Shown here piece by piece: positions 45,082 to 58,565 of a DNA stretch of 64,000 nt. The position numbers and the translations under genes are program-made. Every line of letters starts with the position of its first letter. Position 1 is the stretch's first letter. The notes under the pieces are model-generated. The model made no database searches. It was given only the letters and a program-made list of their open reading frames with translations, and was not told the DNA's origin. Source of the DNA: Eledone cirrhosa (taxonomy: Eukaryota); the NCBI GenBank assembly GCA_964016885.1, contig OZ024759.1, positions 36,146,001 to 36,210,000 of the forward strand, given 5' to 3'.

Positions 45082-48000
45082 GGATGTCCCAATACTTTTA
45101 TTAGAATGCTGTTGAAGTGGGTATACATTTTTGGGGGGACACCCTATACATATATATATATCAAGCGTAAAACTAATAATATATTTCTTCATTGTACTGT
45201 GCCATTTGATTTGTTATTTCTTTTTGCCTTTTGCTTACACACACATATTATATATGTATGTGTGTGTGTAAGTGAGTAATTATAGTGTGTATGTTTGTCT
45301 CTTTCTCTCCTTATCATTCTCTATCTCTCTGTCTCTCTCTCTTTGTTTCTCCCTCTCTCTATGTATCAACTGTTTCTAATCTGGTAAAGGAATCTCTCTC
45401 TCATTCTCTCACTCTCTTTACCTACCCATCTATGTATCTCTCTCTAGGTCAGTTTGTCCCTCTCACCCTCACTTTCTTTCTTCACCCACCCTCCTCTCTC
45501 TCTTTTTTCATTACCACCTGTTTTCACCTGTCTTCAACCAGGTGAAGGAATCCCTCCGTATGGAATACAGGTATATTGACATCAGGACTGAGAGAATGCA
45601 ACACAATCTGCGACTGCGATCAGCAATGATAATGAAAATAAGAGAATTTCTCTGCAACAAACATGGTAAACTGTTTCTATAAATATATCTTATAAAATGG
45701 TCTAATGTTGGTGCTCTTATCATCATCACTATTTTATGTCCATTTTTCCTTGCTAGCATGGGTTTGATGAATTATCCTGTTGTGAGAAATGCCAGGTCAG
45801 GTGACCATGTCTTGCTCATCCAAGACTGGTTTTGGTTTGGTTTCTAGGGCTAGATGCCCTTCCTAATGCGAATCACATTTACAATGAGAACTGGATGTGT
45901 TTTGTTGTGACACCTACACAACCATTTTACAGTGTGGACTGGGTGCTTCTTGTGTCACAAGAAGGTTATCTCCGAATGGTGTCTTTCATTAGAAATATGG
46001 TAATGAAAGGGTTACTCTAGGATTTATCATAATACAAGGTTTCAAGCATTCTAGAACATCAACTGTTTCTTCCTTTCTTTATTTCCTTCTTCCTTTTCTT
46101 TTTTTTTTGTAGACTTTATTGATGTGGAGACACCTGTCTTATTTCGGAGAACACCTGGGGTAAGTTGTGTATGAGGTGCTTTCAAAAAGTATCCAACTTT
46201 ATTTTTTCTTGCCAAAACTAAGATAGCAAAATCCTTCGCGTGGGAAGTGATGCCACCCTTCCTGCGCATGATTGCAAATTATCACACCAATAGGACAGGT
46301 CAGTTTCCAGTTGTTATGCCTAAAATACAGACATGTAGTGTGCACTCCTTGGCTTTTTGTTTTCACCAAGATGACCAAATGTATCGAGCAGAGATATCAC
46401 ATCAAGTTTTGCCAAAGGTTTGGGGATACACAAGCTCAAACCATCTAGAAGATTCAACAGGCTTTTGGTGATGATGCCATGGGCAACAATCAGATCAAGA
46501 AGTGGTACATACATATATATATAGAGAGAGAGATATTCAAGTTATTTCAATGGAATTATTTTTTGCTTCAGGGTGCCAGAGAATTCATTGTCCCAACACA
46601 CACCCCAGGAAAGTTTTACAGTCTACCACAGTCACCACAACAGGTAACACATTTATATATTTATAACTGTGGTAGTGGTGGTCATCATCATTATCATTGT
46701 CATCGTTTAACGATCATTTTTCCGTACTTGCATGGGTTAGACAAGTCATCCACATTATGAGACAACTCTGGACAGTTGACCACACTGTACCTTGCTCAAA
46801 CGGAACCATGTTTTGGCTGGGATTTTTTTACAACTGGATGCCCTTCCTAACACCAACCACATTTACAGTGTGGAACTGGGTGGTCCCATTATGAGGAATG
46901 CCTTGCTCATAGTGGGGCTGAGTTTTTACTGCTGCTGGATGCCCTTCCTACTGCCAACCACGTCTACTAGTTATAAACTTTACTATTTAAAAGCAAGTTG
47001 TACTTTTGTATTAGTTTATATATTTTCATTTCTCATAGATATATCAGGTTTTGATCTGAAAGTTCAATTATCCAACTGCGCAGCTATATTGATTGTTTGT
47101 GTGGGTGTGTGTTAGGGGTTAATATCGACTAGTTTTTGGGCCCTTAATCCAGAGCAGTAGTTTGTGTGTCCTGCTTACTTATTCAACCTGTTACCTATAT
47201 GATACAGGACTGCTGAAGCAATTCTTAAAGCAGAAGTTCTCAAAGTTGGCACTACCACCCCCGGGAGGCACTGAGAAGGTCCAGGGGGTGCTGGGGCCTA
47301 AGGGTGGTAGACATGATATAATAATTCTATTTAAACCGGTTGTAACTAGCCACTCATACTGACGTTAAGGTATTGTTCTCAAAATAAATAATATTAACAT
47401 TTCATAGATTCGATATTATGTGAGGTAGTTATGTAAGATAAAGCCTTTACAATGGCAATAAAATAGTAAATATGGATTAATGTAAATGTTATGTAAGGTA
47501 TTATGTGAGGTAAAGTGTTTACTGTGAAAATACAATAGTATATATAGAGTAATGTAAATGTTATGTGAGATATTATGTAAGATAAAGTGTTTACTGTGAA
47601 AATACAGTAGTATATATAGAGTAATGTAAATGTTATGTGAGATATTATGTGAGATAAAGTGTTTACTGTGAAAATACAATAGTATATATAGAGTAATGTA
47701 AATGTTATGTGAGATATTATGTGAGGTAAAGCCTTTACTGTGACAATACAATAGTATATATAGAGTAATGTAAATGTTATGTGAGATATTATGTGAGGTA
47801 AAGCCTTTACTGTGAAAATACAATAGTATATATAGAGTAATGTGAATGTTATGTGAGGTAAAGCCTTTACTGTGAAAATACAATAGTATATATAGAGTAA
47901 TGTAAATGTTATGTGAGATATTATGTGAGGTAAAGCCTTTACTATGAAAATACAATAGTATATATAGAGTAATGTAAATGTTATGTGAGATATTATGTGA

Positions 48001-51000
48001 GGTAAAGCCTTTACTGTAAAAATACAATAGTATATATAGAGTAATGTAAATGTTATGTGAGATATTATGTGAGGTAAAGCCTTTACTGTGAAAATACAAT
48101 AGTATATATAGAGTAATGTAAATGTTATGTGAGATATTATGTGAGGTAAAGCCTTTACTGTGAAAATACAATAGTATATATAGAGTAATGTAAATGTTAT
48201 GTGAGATATTATGTGAGGTAAAGCCTTTACTGTGAAAATACAATAGTATATATAGAGTAATGTAAATGTTATGTGAGATATTATGTGAGGTAAAGCCTTT
48301 ACTGTGAAAATACAATAGTATATATAGAGTAATGTAAATGTTATGTGAGATATTATGTGAGGTAAAGCCTTTACTGTGAAAATACAATAGTATATATAGA
48401 GTAATGTAAATATTATGTGAGATATTATGTGAGGTAAAGCCTTTACTGTGAAAATACAATAGTATATATAGAGTAATGTGAATGTTATGTGAGGTAAAGC
48501 CTTTACTGTGAAAATACAATAGTATATATAGAGTAATGTAAATGTTATGTGAGATATTATGTGAGGTAAAGCCTTTACTGTGAAAATACAATAGTATATA
48601 TAGAGTAATGTAAATGTTATGTAAGATATTATGTGAGGTAAAGCCTTTACTGTGAAAATACAAAAGTATATATAGAGTAATGTAAATACTAAAGGGTTGA
48701 GAGACACAACAATAACTTCTCAATCTCTCATCTATTATTTAGTTCAAACAATTGCTGATGGCTGGCGGCCTAGATAGATATTTCCAGATTGCCAAATGTT
48801 TCAGAGATGAAGGGGCCAAACCAGATCGACAACCAGAGTTTACTCAGGTAAGTTGAATCCTTGTTTTTCATCTTCTCTTTTATACGTTGTATATATGACT
48901 ACATCTGTTATATATAGACTACATCTGTATATATATAGACTACATCTGTATATATATAGACTACATCTGTTATATATATAGACTACATCTGTTATATATA
49001 TATGACTACATCTGTTATATATAGACTACATCTGTTATATATGACTACATCTGTTATATATAGACTACATCTGTTATATATGACTACATCTGTTATATAT
49101 AGACTACATCTGTTATATATAGACTATGTCTGTATATATATATGACTACATCTGTTATATATAGACTACATCTGTTATATATAGACTACATCTGTTATAT
49201 ATAGACTACATCTGTTATATATGACTACATCTGTATATATATATGACTACATCTGTTATATATAGACTACATCTGTTATATATAGACTACATCTGTTATA
49301 TATAGACTACATCTGTTATATATGACTACATCTGTATATATATATGACTACATCTGTTATATATAGACTACATCTGTTATATATAGACTACATCTGTTAT
49401 ATATAGACTACATCTGTTATATATATATGACTACATCTGTTATATATAGACTACATCTGTTATATATGACTACATCTGTTATATATAGACTACATCTGTT
49501 ATATATATATGACTACATCTGTTATATATAGACTACATCTGTTATATATGACTACATCTGTTATATATAGACTACATCTGTTATATATAGACTACATCTG
49601 TTATATATGACTACATCTGTATATATATATGACTACATCTGTTATATATAGACTACATCTGTTTTATATAGACTACATCTGTTATATATGACTACATCTG
49701 TTATATATAGACTACATCTGTTATATATAGACTACATCTGTTATATATAGACTACATCTGTATATATATATATGACTACATCTGTTATATATAGACTACA
49801 TCTGTTATATATAGACTACATCTGTATATATATATGACTACATCTGTTATATATGACTACATCTGTATATATATATGACTACATCTGTTATATATAGATT
49901 ACATCTGTTATATATTGACTACATTTGTTATATATAGACTACATCTGTTATATATATATGACTACATCTGTTATATATATATGACTACATCTGTTATATA
50001 TAGACTACATCTGTTATATGTGACTACATCTGTATATATATAGACTACATCTGTTATATATGACTACATCTGTATATATATGACTACATCTGTTATATAT
50101 ATGACTACATCTGTTATATATGACTACATCTGTTATATATGACTACATCTGTTATATAGTTAGACTGTATCATTGATGATGTTGATGGTAGTGATGCTAA
50201 TGATGCTCTCAATTTATCTTATCTCTTCTTATTCAGGTTGATATAGAAATGTCTTTTGTTGACATGGAAGGTATCCTCTCCCTCACAGAAGACATGTTAT
50301 CAGCCTCCTGGTCAGATTCCAGACCACAACTCAACACTCCTTTCCCTCGTATTTCCTTGCATGAAGCCATTAAACGTTTTGGTACAGATAAACCTGACAC
50401 ACGCTTTGCTTTGGAAGTAAGTTGACATTTTTCTTTGGTTGTGTTTTGGCCTTGAACTGAACTTAACTGTTAGCTCTCAGACACTCTATCCAATTTGCTT
50501 TCAAAATTTTTTTTAATTATTTTTTGGGAACTTGATCTGAACTTAACTCTTATCCCCAAGGGATTCCACCTGATTTGCTTTCAAAAGTTGTTTTAGTGGT
50601 GGAGGTGGTGGGTCGTTATCTGAACATAAGATACATAAGACTAATAAAATCTTATAAACTGTCTATACATGTCATTCGATTATTGCTTTAAATTATTTCT
50701 TATTACATATATATTGAACTGTTTTTCTTCATCTAGCTGAAGGATATTTCTACTATCATACAAGACAGTGGTATAGACTTTATCAACAAAGTCTTAGCAA
50801 CACCAGAAGGCTCAGTACAGGCTATTGTATTAAAACAAGGAGACGTTAGTATAAATATATTTATTATATGTGTGTTTGTGTTTATGTGAATGTATGTCTG
50901 AGTGTGTATTTTTGTAATTGTGTCTGTGTTTGCACATTTGTAGACTCATACATAAAAATGTATGCATAGGCACATACACACATATGCATCATATATTATA

Positions 51001-51724
51001 GTTATATTCTAATATTGTTTGAAATATTTCAGAAATATTTGAGCAAGAAAAATCTGAGGAAGGTGAAAGACTTAGCAAATGATGAAAATACACCATTAGC
51101 TGTGAGTTACTCTTTACAATTTTCTTTCTCTTTCAACTGTATTCTTCAAAATGTGAACAATTCTAAACACACACACATATACATATATACATTGGGGAGA
51201 CCCAAGATGACTTGGGATGAGGTGATAAGAGCCGACCTTACCCAACTACACCTCTCAAAGTCAATGACACACGACCGTGACTTCTGGCGTCACGCAGTAA
51301 TACAGGGTACCCGACCTCCCATGGGTACATGCTGAAGCATATAAACAATATGCCCCCCCCCCCCCCCCCCCCCCACCGCAAGGTGGTCGTGGAGGTGCCA
51401 CGGCAAAAAAGCACCCAGCCCACACTGTAAAGTGGACGTGTAGGCGCCACGAAAAAGCACCCAGCACTCACTGTAAATGAGGTTGGTGTTAGGAAGGGCA
51501 TCCAGCTGTAGAAATCAAGCCAGATCAGTTCCTGTATGAGCAAGGCATGGTCAGCCGACCAGACACTGCCCACAACAGGACAACCCGTCTAACCCATGCT
51601 AGCGTGGAAGAACGGACGTAAAACGGTGATGATGATATATACAATCCTTATCGAGCCCTCTTTGGATTTTGGTCTTTGTATTAATTATTACTACATATAT
51701 ATATATATATATATAAACACATAT

Positions 51725-51763
<39 letters not shown>

Positions 51764-54700
51764 AAAAGTAAATGGAAAGAACAAAGCAAGCAACACAGTA
51801 CAATGAAGAAATATATTAGTTTAATGCTTGATATAGTAGGAAGAGTGTCTATGAATTTTGCATTATAAAAAAGTGTCTCATACATTTAAGCTTATTTTCA
51901 ATGAAATACATTTACTATGTGTATCAATTAATTTAGAAAATTTGAGGAGATAATGAGAAATTCAATGAGATAACTAGTCTTGTCATTAGTAAGCTGATAT
52001 TTAACCATTTAGCATTTAAACTGGCCATATCTGGCCAGAGTTCTCTCTCTCCTCTTTCTGTTCAAACTGGCCATAACCAACCACTCATACTGATGTTAAA
52101 ATATTGTTTTGAAAATAAATAATATCAAAATCTCATAGATTCAATATTATGTGAGGTAAAGCCTTTACCATGAAAATATGATAGTTTATTTAGAGTAATG
52201 TAAATGGTAAAGGGTTAAAATGTTACTTTACAAAATTATGATGGAATATTTTAATATAAGTATGAACATTTCAAAACGAGCAGTTGTGTATCATAAAACC
52301 TGAGTAGTTTAATGTAGATTGGTATCAAAGGATTATACAGTGATTATATTATTTAGAACTTTGTTTTGGTTAGCCTAAGAATGGAACAATGATCTTTGGA
52401 GTTCATCTATAGCCATTGTGCTGTTGTGCTTCTTCGAAGTGGAACATTACGTCTCAACTGACCCCTATTTGAATGTCTGTTATAGAGGCGGAAATAATAA
52501 GGGTGTTGAAGATATTGGTAACCTGGATAAGGTCTGTGTACAAGAACAGAATCACTGATTTTCGGAGTGTATCTATGTGGCCAGGAGTCTACATAGCTAG
52601 GACGCCTTGCAGGAATAGTGCCATATCCGAAATCAGGATACAAATGGTACATTGATGATGACTTCCTTTGATTTTGGTTCCTCCACAGTGCCATGTTTCT
52701 CTCATCTGTAAACCCCTGAGGCCTTCGTTCATATTGCCAAGGGTGTTCATAGTTCTCACCATTATTCCCAGCAAAGCTGTGACGTCGGTAGTTGTGAACA
52801 TTTGTGTCATGTTTTACTCCAGAGAATGGATCAGGTGTCATTGCTCTGCGGTTGATCTTAGTTTGTATATTTTGTTTCATCTGTTGCAGTTCTTGACAAT
52901 TCACGTAAATATTTTCTTTCTCAATTTCCTTTTTCCCTTGTTCAGTCACAATGGAATTCTCTTTAAGTTTGTCGTTGTCTTTGTCTTTTAACTTTGGTTC
53001 TTCTTCTTTGATATCAGAAGGTGGTTTCTTCTTTAAGCTTCCTGTCAATAGAGGGTTAATCTGATCTCTCGATTGAACCCAGTCAATTGTATATTGATTT
53101 AGCATTCTGAAATTCTTTGATATTCTTCTTTGTTCACATTTCTCATGAATGTATCTTGTCATTGCTAAAATAGTAATGACCACCACTACAAAAATAGTCA
53201 GAGAACCAAATATTGTTAGATACAACAAATTTTTCTGACATTCAAAATATTCCACTTCAAAATCCCATATATCGATTCCCCTTCTGTCTGGTGGATCTTT
53301 ACATGCATAAGATTTCTTGTTGTGAAGTTCAGCTGAAGTCTTACGTAGCCAGTCTCTGAGAGGAAGAAGACTACAGTCACACACATATGGATTTAATGAA
53401 AAATCTATTCGTTCTAGCTTAGCTATGTTTGAAAACATTGCTGGTATAATTCTTGTTAGATTGTTAAAAGTCAAATAGATACTTTTCAAATGCGGATTTT
53501 TCTTTAAGCTAGCATTGCTCAACACTGTTAAAGAATTTGCAGACAGGTCCAAATGTTTTAACCTATATAAAGGATTAAAGACATTTTCAAAGTCTGTATT
53601 TGATCCAAAATGATTTCCAGAAAGAAGGAGGGTTGTAAGATTTTGCAAATGTTTAAATGTCCCTGGTAGAATCTCTGTGATATTATTGTTGCCTAAGTCA
53701 AGTATCTCCAAATTAAACATGTGGTAGAAAGCTTGTTTGTCAATCTCCTTCAGAGAATTATTTTTAAAATAAACTTCAGTAGCAAATTCCCAGCCATAAT
53801 GACCAAGTTTTCTAATTTTATTGCCTGATAAATCAATAGTCTTTGGAGTGTATCCTTTAAATGTCTGTTCATGTATCATGGTGATGTCATTATAGCTGTA
53901 ATTAACCAAGTGTATATAGTTCATTCCTGAGAACTGAAATGGCACCATTGAAGTCAACTTATTGTTGCTAGCATCGATGGTTTTCAATACCATTTCTCCT
54001 GTTGGGAATAACAGAGATCTTAATATGTTGTGACCGACCAGTAGAGTATCTAAGTAGGACATCATTGGGAGGTTTAACAGTTCTAATTTATTGTGGCTAA
54101 TATCTAAATGACGCAGATTTTTCCATAGCAAGAGTTCTTCACTTCCAACTGTGACCAGCTTGTTGTGGTGGCCAATAAAATATTCCAATTTGAATAGTGT
54201 TTTAACAAAATCTATCTCTAGCTTGTTTATATTGTTGTAAGAGACATCAAGATAACGTAAATTATCAAGTCTCATTAACCCATCTAAGCTTTTCAATTTA
54301 TTTCTGTTGATCTTTAAAGTGTGCAATGTTGATAAATACTGTAACAAATCTGGATCTATACTTTCTATTTTATTTCCTGATAAATCAAGTTTGTTGATGG
54401 TGATTTTTTCCAAGTTTTCAAACACAGATGTAATCTGAGGGTAATGTAGAAAAGACAAATCCAGTGTTTTCAATGATGTGTGACTTTGTATATCTTCCAT
54501 GAGTGCTGTTAAGTTTTCTTTGGAAATGAATGGATTTCCAGACAGTGAAAGGGAGACTAAATTTGGAAAGTCATGAAAGGTATCTGGAGATATTTTACTG
54601 ATGTTACAGTAAGAGAGGTTAATATGCCGGCCTACATCGCTGTACCATTTGTCAGAGAAGAGGAAAGCATCAGTGGGGAAGTGATGGAATTTGTTTCCAG

Positions 54701-55372
54701 AATAATCTATAACTTGTATTTTCTTGGTTTGTTGGAAGCCGAGCATAAGAGAAGGAGTTGATAAAATATTGTAACTAATATTTAAAACTTTTAACTTATT
54801 TAAATATTTCATACAATGGTTTGGTAGTGTTGAAAATTTATTGTTACTCATATCAATATATTCTAGTTGGTTATTCTTTTCAAAAAACAATGGCGCCAAC
54901 GTTGATACCATATTTTCTTTCAAGATCAATGTTTTCAATGCTGGAAGGTTGTGTAGAATTTTAGTACCTAGTAGATAGATGCCATTTCTGGAAAGGTCTA
55001 ATAATTCCAGTTGAGGCATAGGTGGAAAATTGTGTGAAAATGTGGGGCCAAGGTTAATATCAGTGAGGTGAAGTTCTGTGAGTGTTGATGTGAAATTTGT
55101 GAAATTTGATGGTAGATCTCTGCACCAAGCAGCCTTTGGTTTTTCTAAACATCTACAAACATGTGGACAGTCGTGTTTTGTTGCGTTGGTTAATATCTGA
55201 GTGAGACTTATAGAAAATATGATGAATATTCTAAAGATTTTAAAGTTCATTGTTGATTGCAGAGAAGATAATATCTGCAAGATGAGAAATAAGAAGATAC
55301 TAGAATGGTAACATAGAAAAAACAAAAAACATTGAAAATTGAAATTTATCTAAGAACATTCATGGTAGTTTT

Positions 55373-55410
<38 letters not shown>

Positions 55411-56810
55411 TCACCACCACCACACCACCACCACACCACCACCACAACAACACCACCACAACTACTACTATCACCACCACAACAACACCACCACCACAAC
55501 TATTATTACTACTACTATTATGTAAGGTTGTTGAACTTACAATCATAATGTCATGGGTTCAATCCGTGGACTGGAGGTTGTGTTCTTGAGCAAAACACTT
55601 CATTTCACATTATTCCAGTATACTCAGCTGAAAATGAGTTCCAGCAACAGCTGGGAGTTTAACCCTGTGATGGACTGGTGTCCTGTCCAGGGGGAAGTCT
55701 TCTACTCTAAGTCAATTCATGCCACAGAAACCAGGATAAATACCAGCCTGCTTCACAAACTAGATACTTCTAATATGTATTTTTTAGCCCTTCTGGTATG
55801 AAACCACCTGAAACTGCCCCTGTTTCTACGACAGAAAACTGTTTATTTTGCTGGGTTTATATTTCTATAACATGTAACTGTTCTGTAGATATGTAATGGG
55901 AATGGGTGAACTAGAAGGAAATAAGTTTTTAAAGAAATGAAATAAGATGTTTCTGGCTCACAATTTTGCTCAGGTTATAAGGTTTAGTGAAGAGGAAGGT
56001 TCTGTACCCTTCCGTCTAACCCATGCAAGCTTGGAAATGATAATGACAACAACCACTCTGTGTGGGTGTGTTTGTGTACCCAAGTTAGACTACAAGACAC
56101 TCTGTCGGTTATGACTAGTGATACAGTTGATCCGATTAATGGAACAGCCTGCTCGTGAAATTAACATCCAAGTGACTGAGCATTCCACAGACATGCATAC
56201 ACTTAACACAGTTCTCAGGGAAATTCAGCATGACACAGAATGTGTCAAGGCTGGCCATTCGAACTACAAGTACAACTCATTTTTTTCCAGCTGTTTGGAC
56301 TGGAGTAATGTGAAATAAAGTGTCTTGCTCAAGGACACAACACGCTGCCAGGAATTGAACTCACAATCTTACAATTGCTAGCCGAATACCCTAACCACAT
56401 TTATGAGCTCACTTGGGGACCCTACCGGATCAATTGTAGAGACAGTTGTTTCTGATAGGACCCTTTGGAAGGTGTATCTGAGGACTCTAACTCTGTTCCC
56501 CACAACCATCCCAGAAATAAGTGGGCAAAGAAGAGGAAAAAGAAGAACGACTTAGCAGTTTAACAACAAAAGATCGATAAAATAAGTATCAGGCTAATTC
56601 CTCAGAAAATAAAGAGATGAGATGGGAGTTAGGCTGTTTTTAAGTTAATAAAAGGTTTATTACTCACAATTTTTCTCAGGTTTATAACATCTATGGCTGT
56701 GGTTTATAGGTTTATAGGCTTCTCTCTACAGCCACAACTGGGCAGATTTCTTTCACACTTCCTTCTTTCCTCTCTAGAAGATACTACTACTACTACTACT
56801 ACTACTACTG

Positions 56811-56845
<35 letters not shown>

Positions 56846-57795
56846 GGTGGTGGTGGTTATGTTCCAAATATTGTTCTTGGTAATGGTAGTGGTGATGTTG
56901 CTGTTGTTCTTGATGGTTGAGATGATGGTGATACACTCATATACATACACTCATATACATACATTCACGTACACTCATATATATATACACTCATATACAT
57001 ACACTCATATACATACATTCACGTACACTCATATATATATACACTCACATACATATGCTCACATCTGCACTCTCAGGCACACTCATGAAGTAAGTATATA
57101 CATACACACTCTTGCACTCTTTGTGTGTGTAATGGTGACGGGAAAGGGCAGGACACATATATATATAGAGAGAGGGGGGACAGGATATATATATATAGAG
57201 AGAGAGAGGGGGAGTTAATTAGTGTGTACAGTGTTATCAGTCATATCCACTGGGAAAAAATTACTGAAAGAACACCTACACATTATATCAACTGTCAACT
57301 ACCTCCACAACAACAACCAGCACCTCCTAACACTACCACCACCGACACCACCACCACCACACCGGTACCTACTGGTGTCTTTGACACAACTGAAGTGTCT
57401 TCCTATCACCACATTATAGAGTGGGAGGGTCATACATATATATAAGTTTATATATATATATCGAAGATCCCCTTTGGTCACGAATGCCCATGTGATTTAC
57501 ACTTAGAAAGTTTCCCTCCGAGCTACAAGTCCGGGCAAGGTTGTTTGTGGAAGGCCAACAGTCACCCATCCATACCAGCCTCCCCTCTCCACGCCACTGA
57601 TGATATCCAAGGGAAAGGCTATGGCCGATACAGCTTGGCACCGAGTCGCAATTCATTTCTACAGCTGAGTAAACTAGAGCAAAGTGAAATAAAGTGTCTT
57701 GCTCAAGGACATAACACATCACCCGGTCCAAGAATCGAACTCACAACCTTTCGATTGCAAGCCTAATGCTCTAACTGCTAAGCCATGCACCTTCG

Positions 57796-57833
<38 letters not shown>

Positions 57834-58500
57834 TCATCATCATCATCGTTTAATGTCTAGCCTGGATTAGACGTGTTTTGTCCCATTTGAGGCAAGATTG
57901 GTTGGGTGACCGTGTCTCGCTCATATAGGATTATCTGGCAGGTTTTCTACGGCTGGATGCCCTTCTTAACACCAACCACATTTACAGTGTGGACTGGGAG
58001 CTTTTTACTGTGTTACCTAAAAGATCACATTACAGCGTGGACTGTGTTTTTTTTTTGTTTTTTTTTTGTCGTGACACCTACACGACCTCATTAGTTTGGA
58101 CTGGATGTTGTGGTCCCAACATAACTTTATAGAGAAAGGGAGGTTTTGGTGGGAGTGGGAGGATGGAGTAGGGGTAGTGGGGTGGGGTGTATGTTTGGTT
58201 TGGAGAGACCTACTGACTGTAGGTTAACTCTGCACGTAGGGATGGCGGGTCTTCTGTATTACTGTGTGGCACCAAAGATCTCGATCCAGTGACATTGTCT
58301 TAGAGAGGTGCAAGTGTGCAAGGTTGGAATTTATCAAGTCGTCCCAGGTTTTTCATGCACATCATGTGACCATACCAACGTAATCTTCTCTCAAGTAAAC
58401 AGCATCTGATCCCTCTTATTCCTAATTTCTCACTTAGTTCATTTATGTTTAGCCGTTCATGTATATTATATATATATATGTATATATATATGTATACATA

Positions 58501-58565
<65 letters not shown>

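Noticed and set aside
47394-48723. 437-aa and 435-aa hydrophobic repeat ORFs
   Set aside because: They are translations of the 72-bp MITE-derived satellite in DARS2 intron 7.
48890-50157. Constant repeat with variable spacers resembling a CRISPR array
   Set aside because: The spacers are only TA runs of variable length, and the context is a eukaryotic intron.
55251-55325. First 25 residues of the 972-aa ORF
   Set aside because: They span a polypyrimidine tract and acceptor; the signal peptide begins at ATG 55250.
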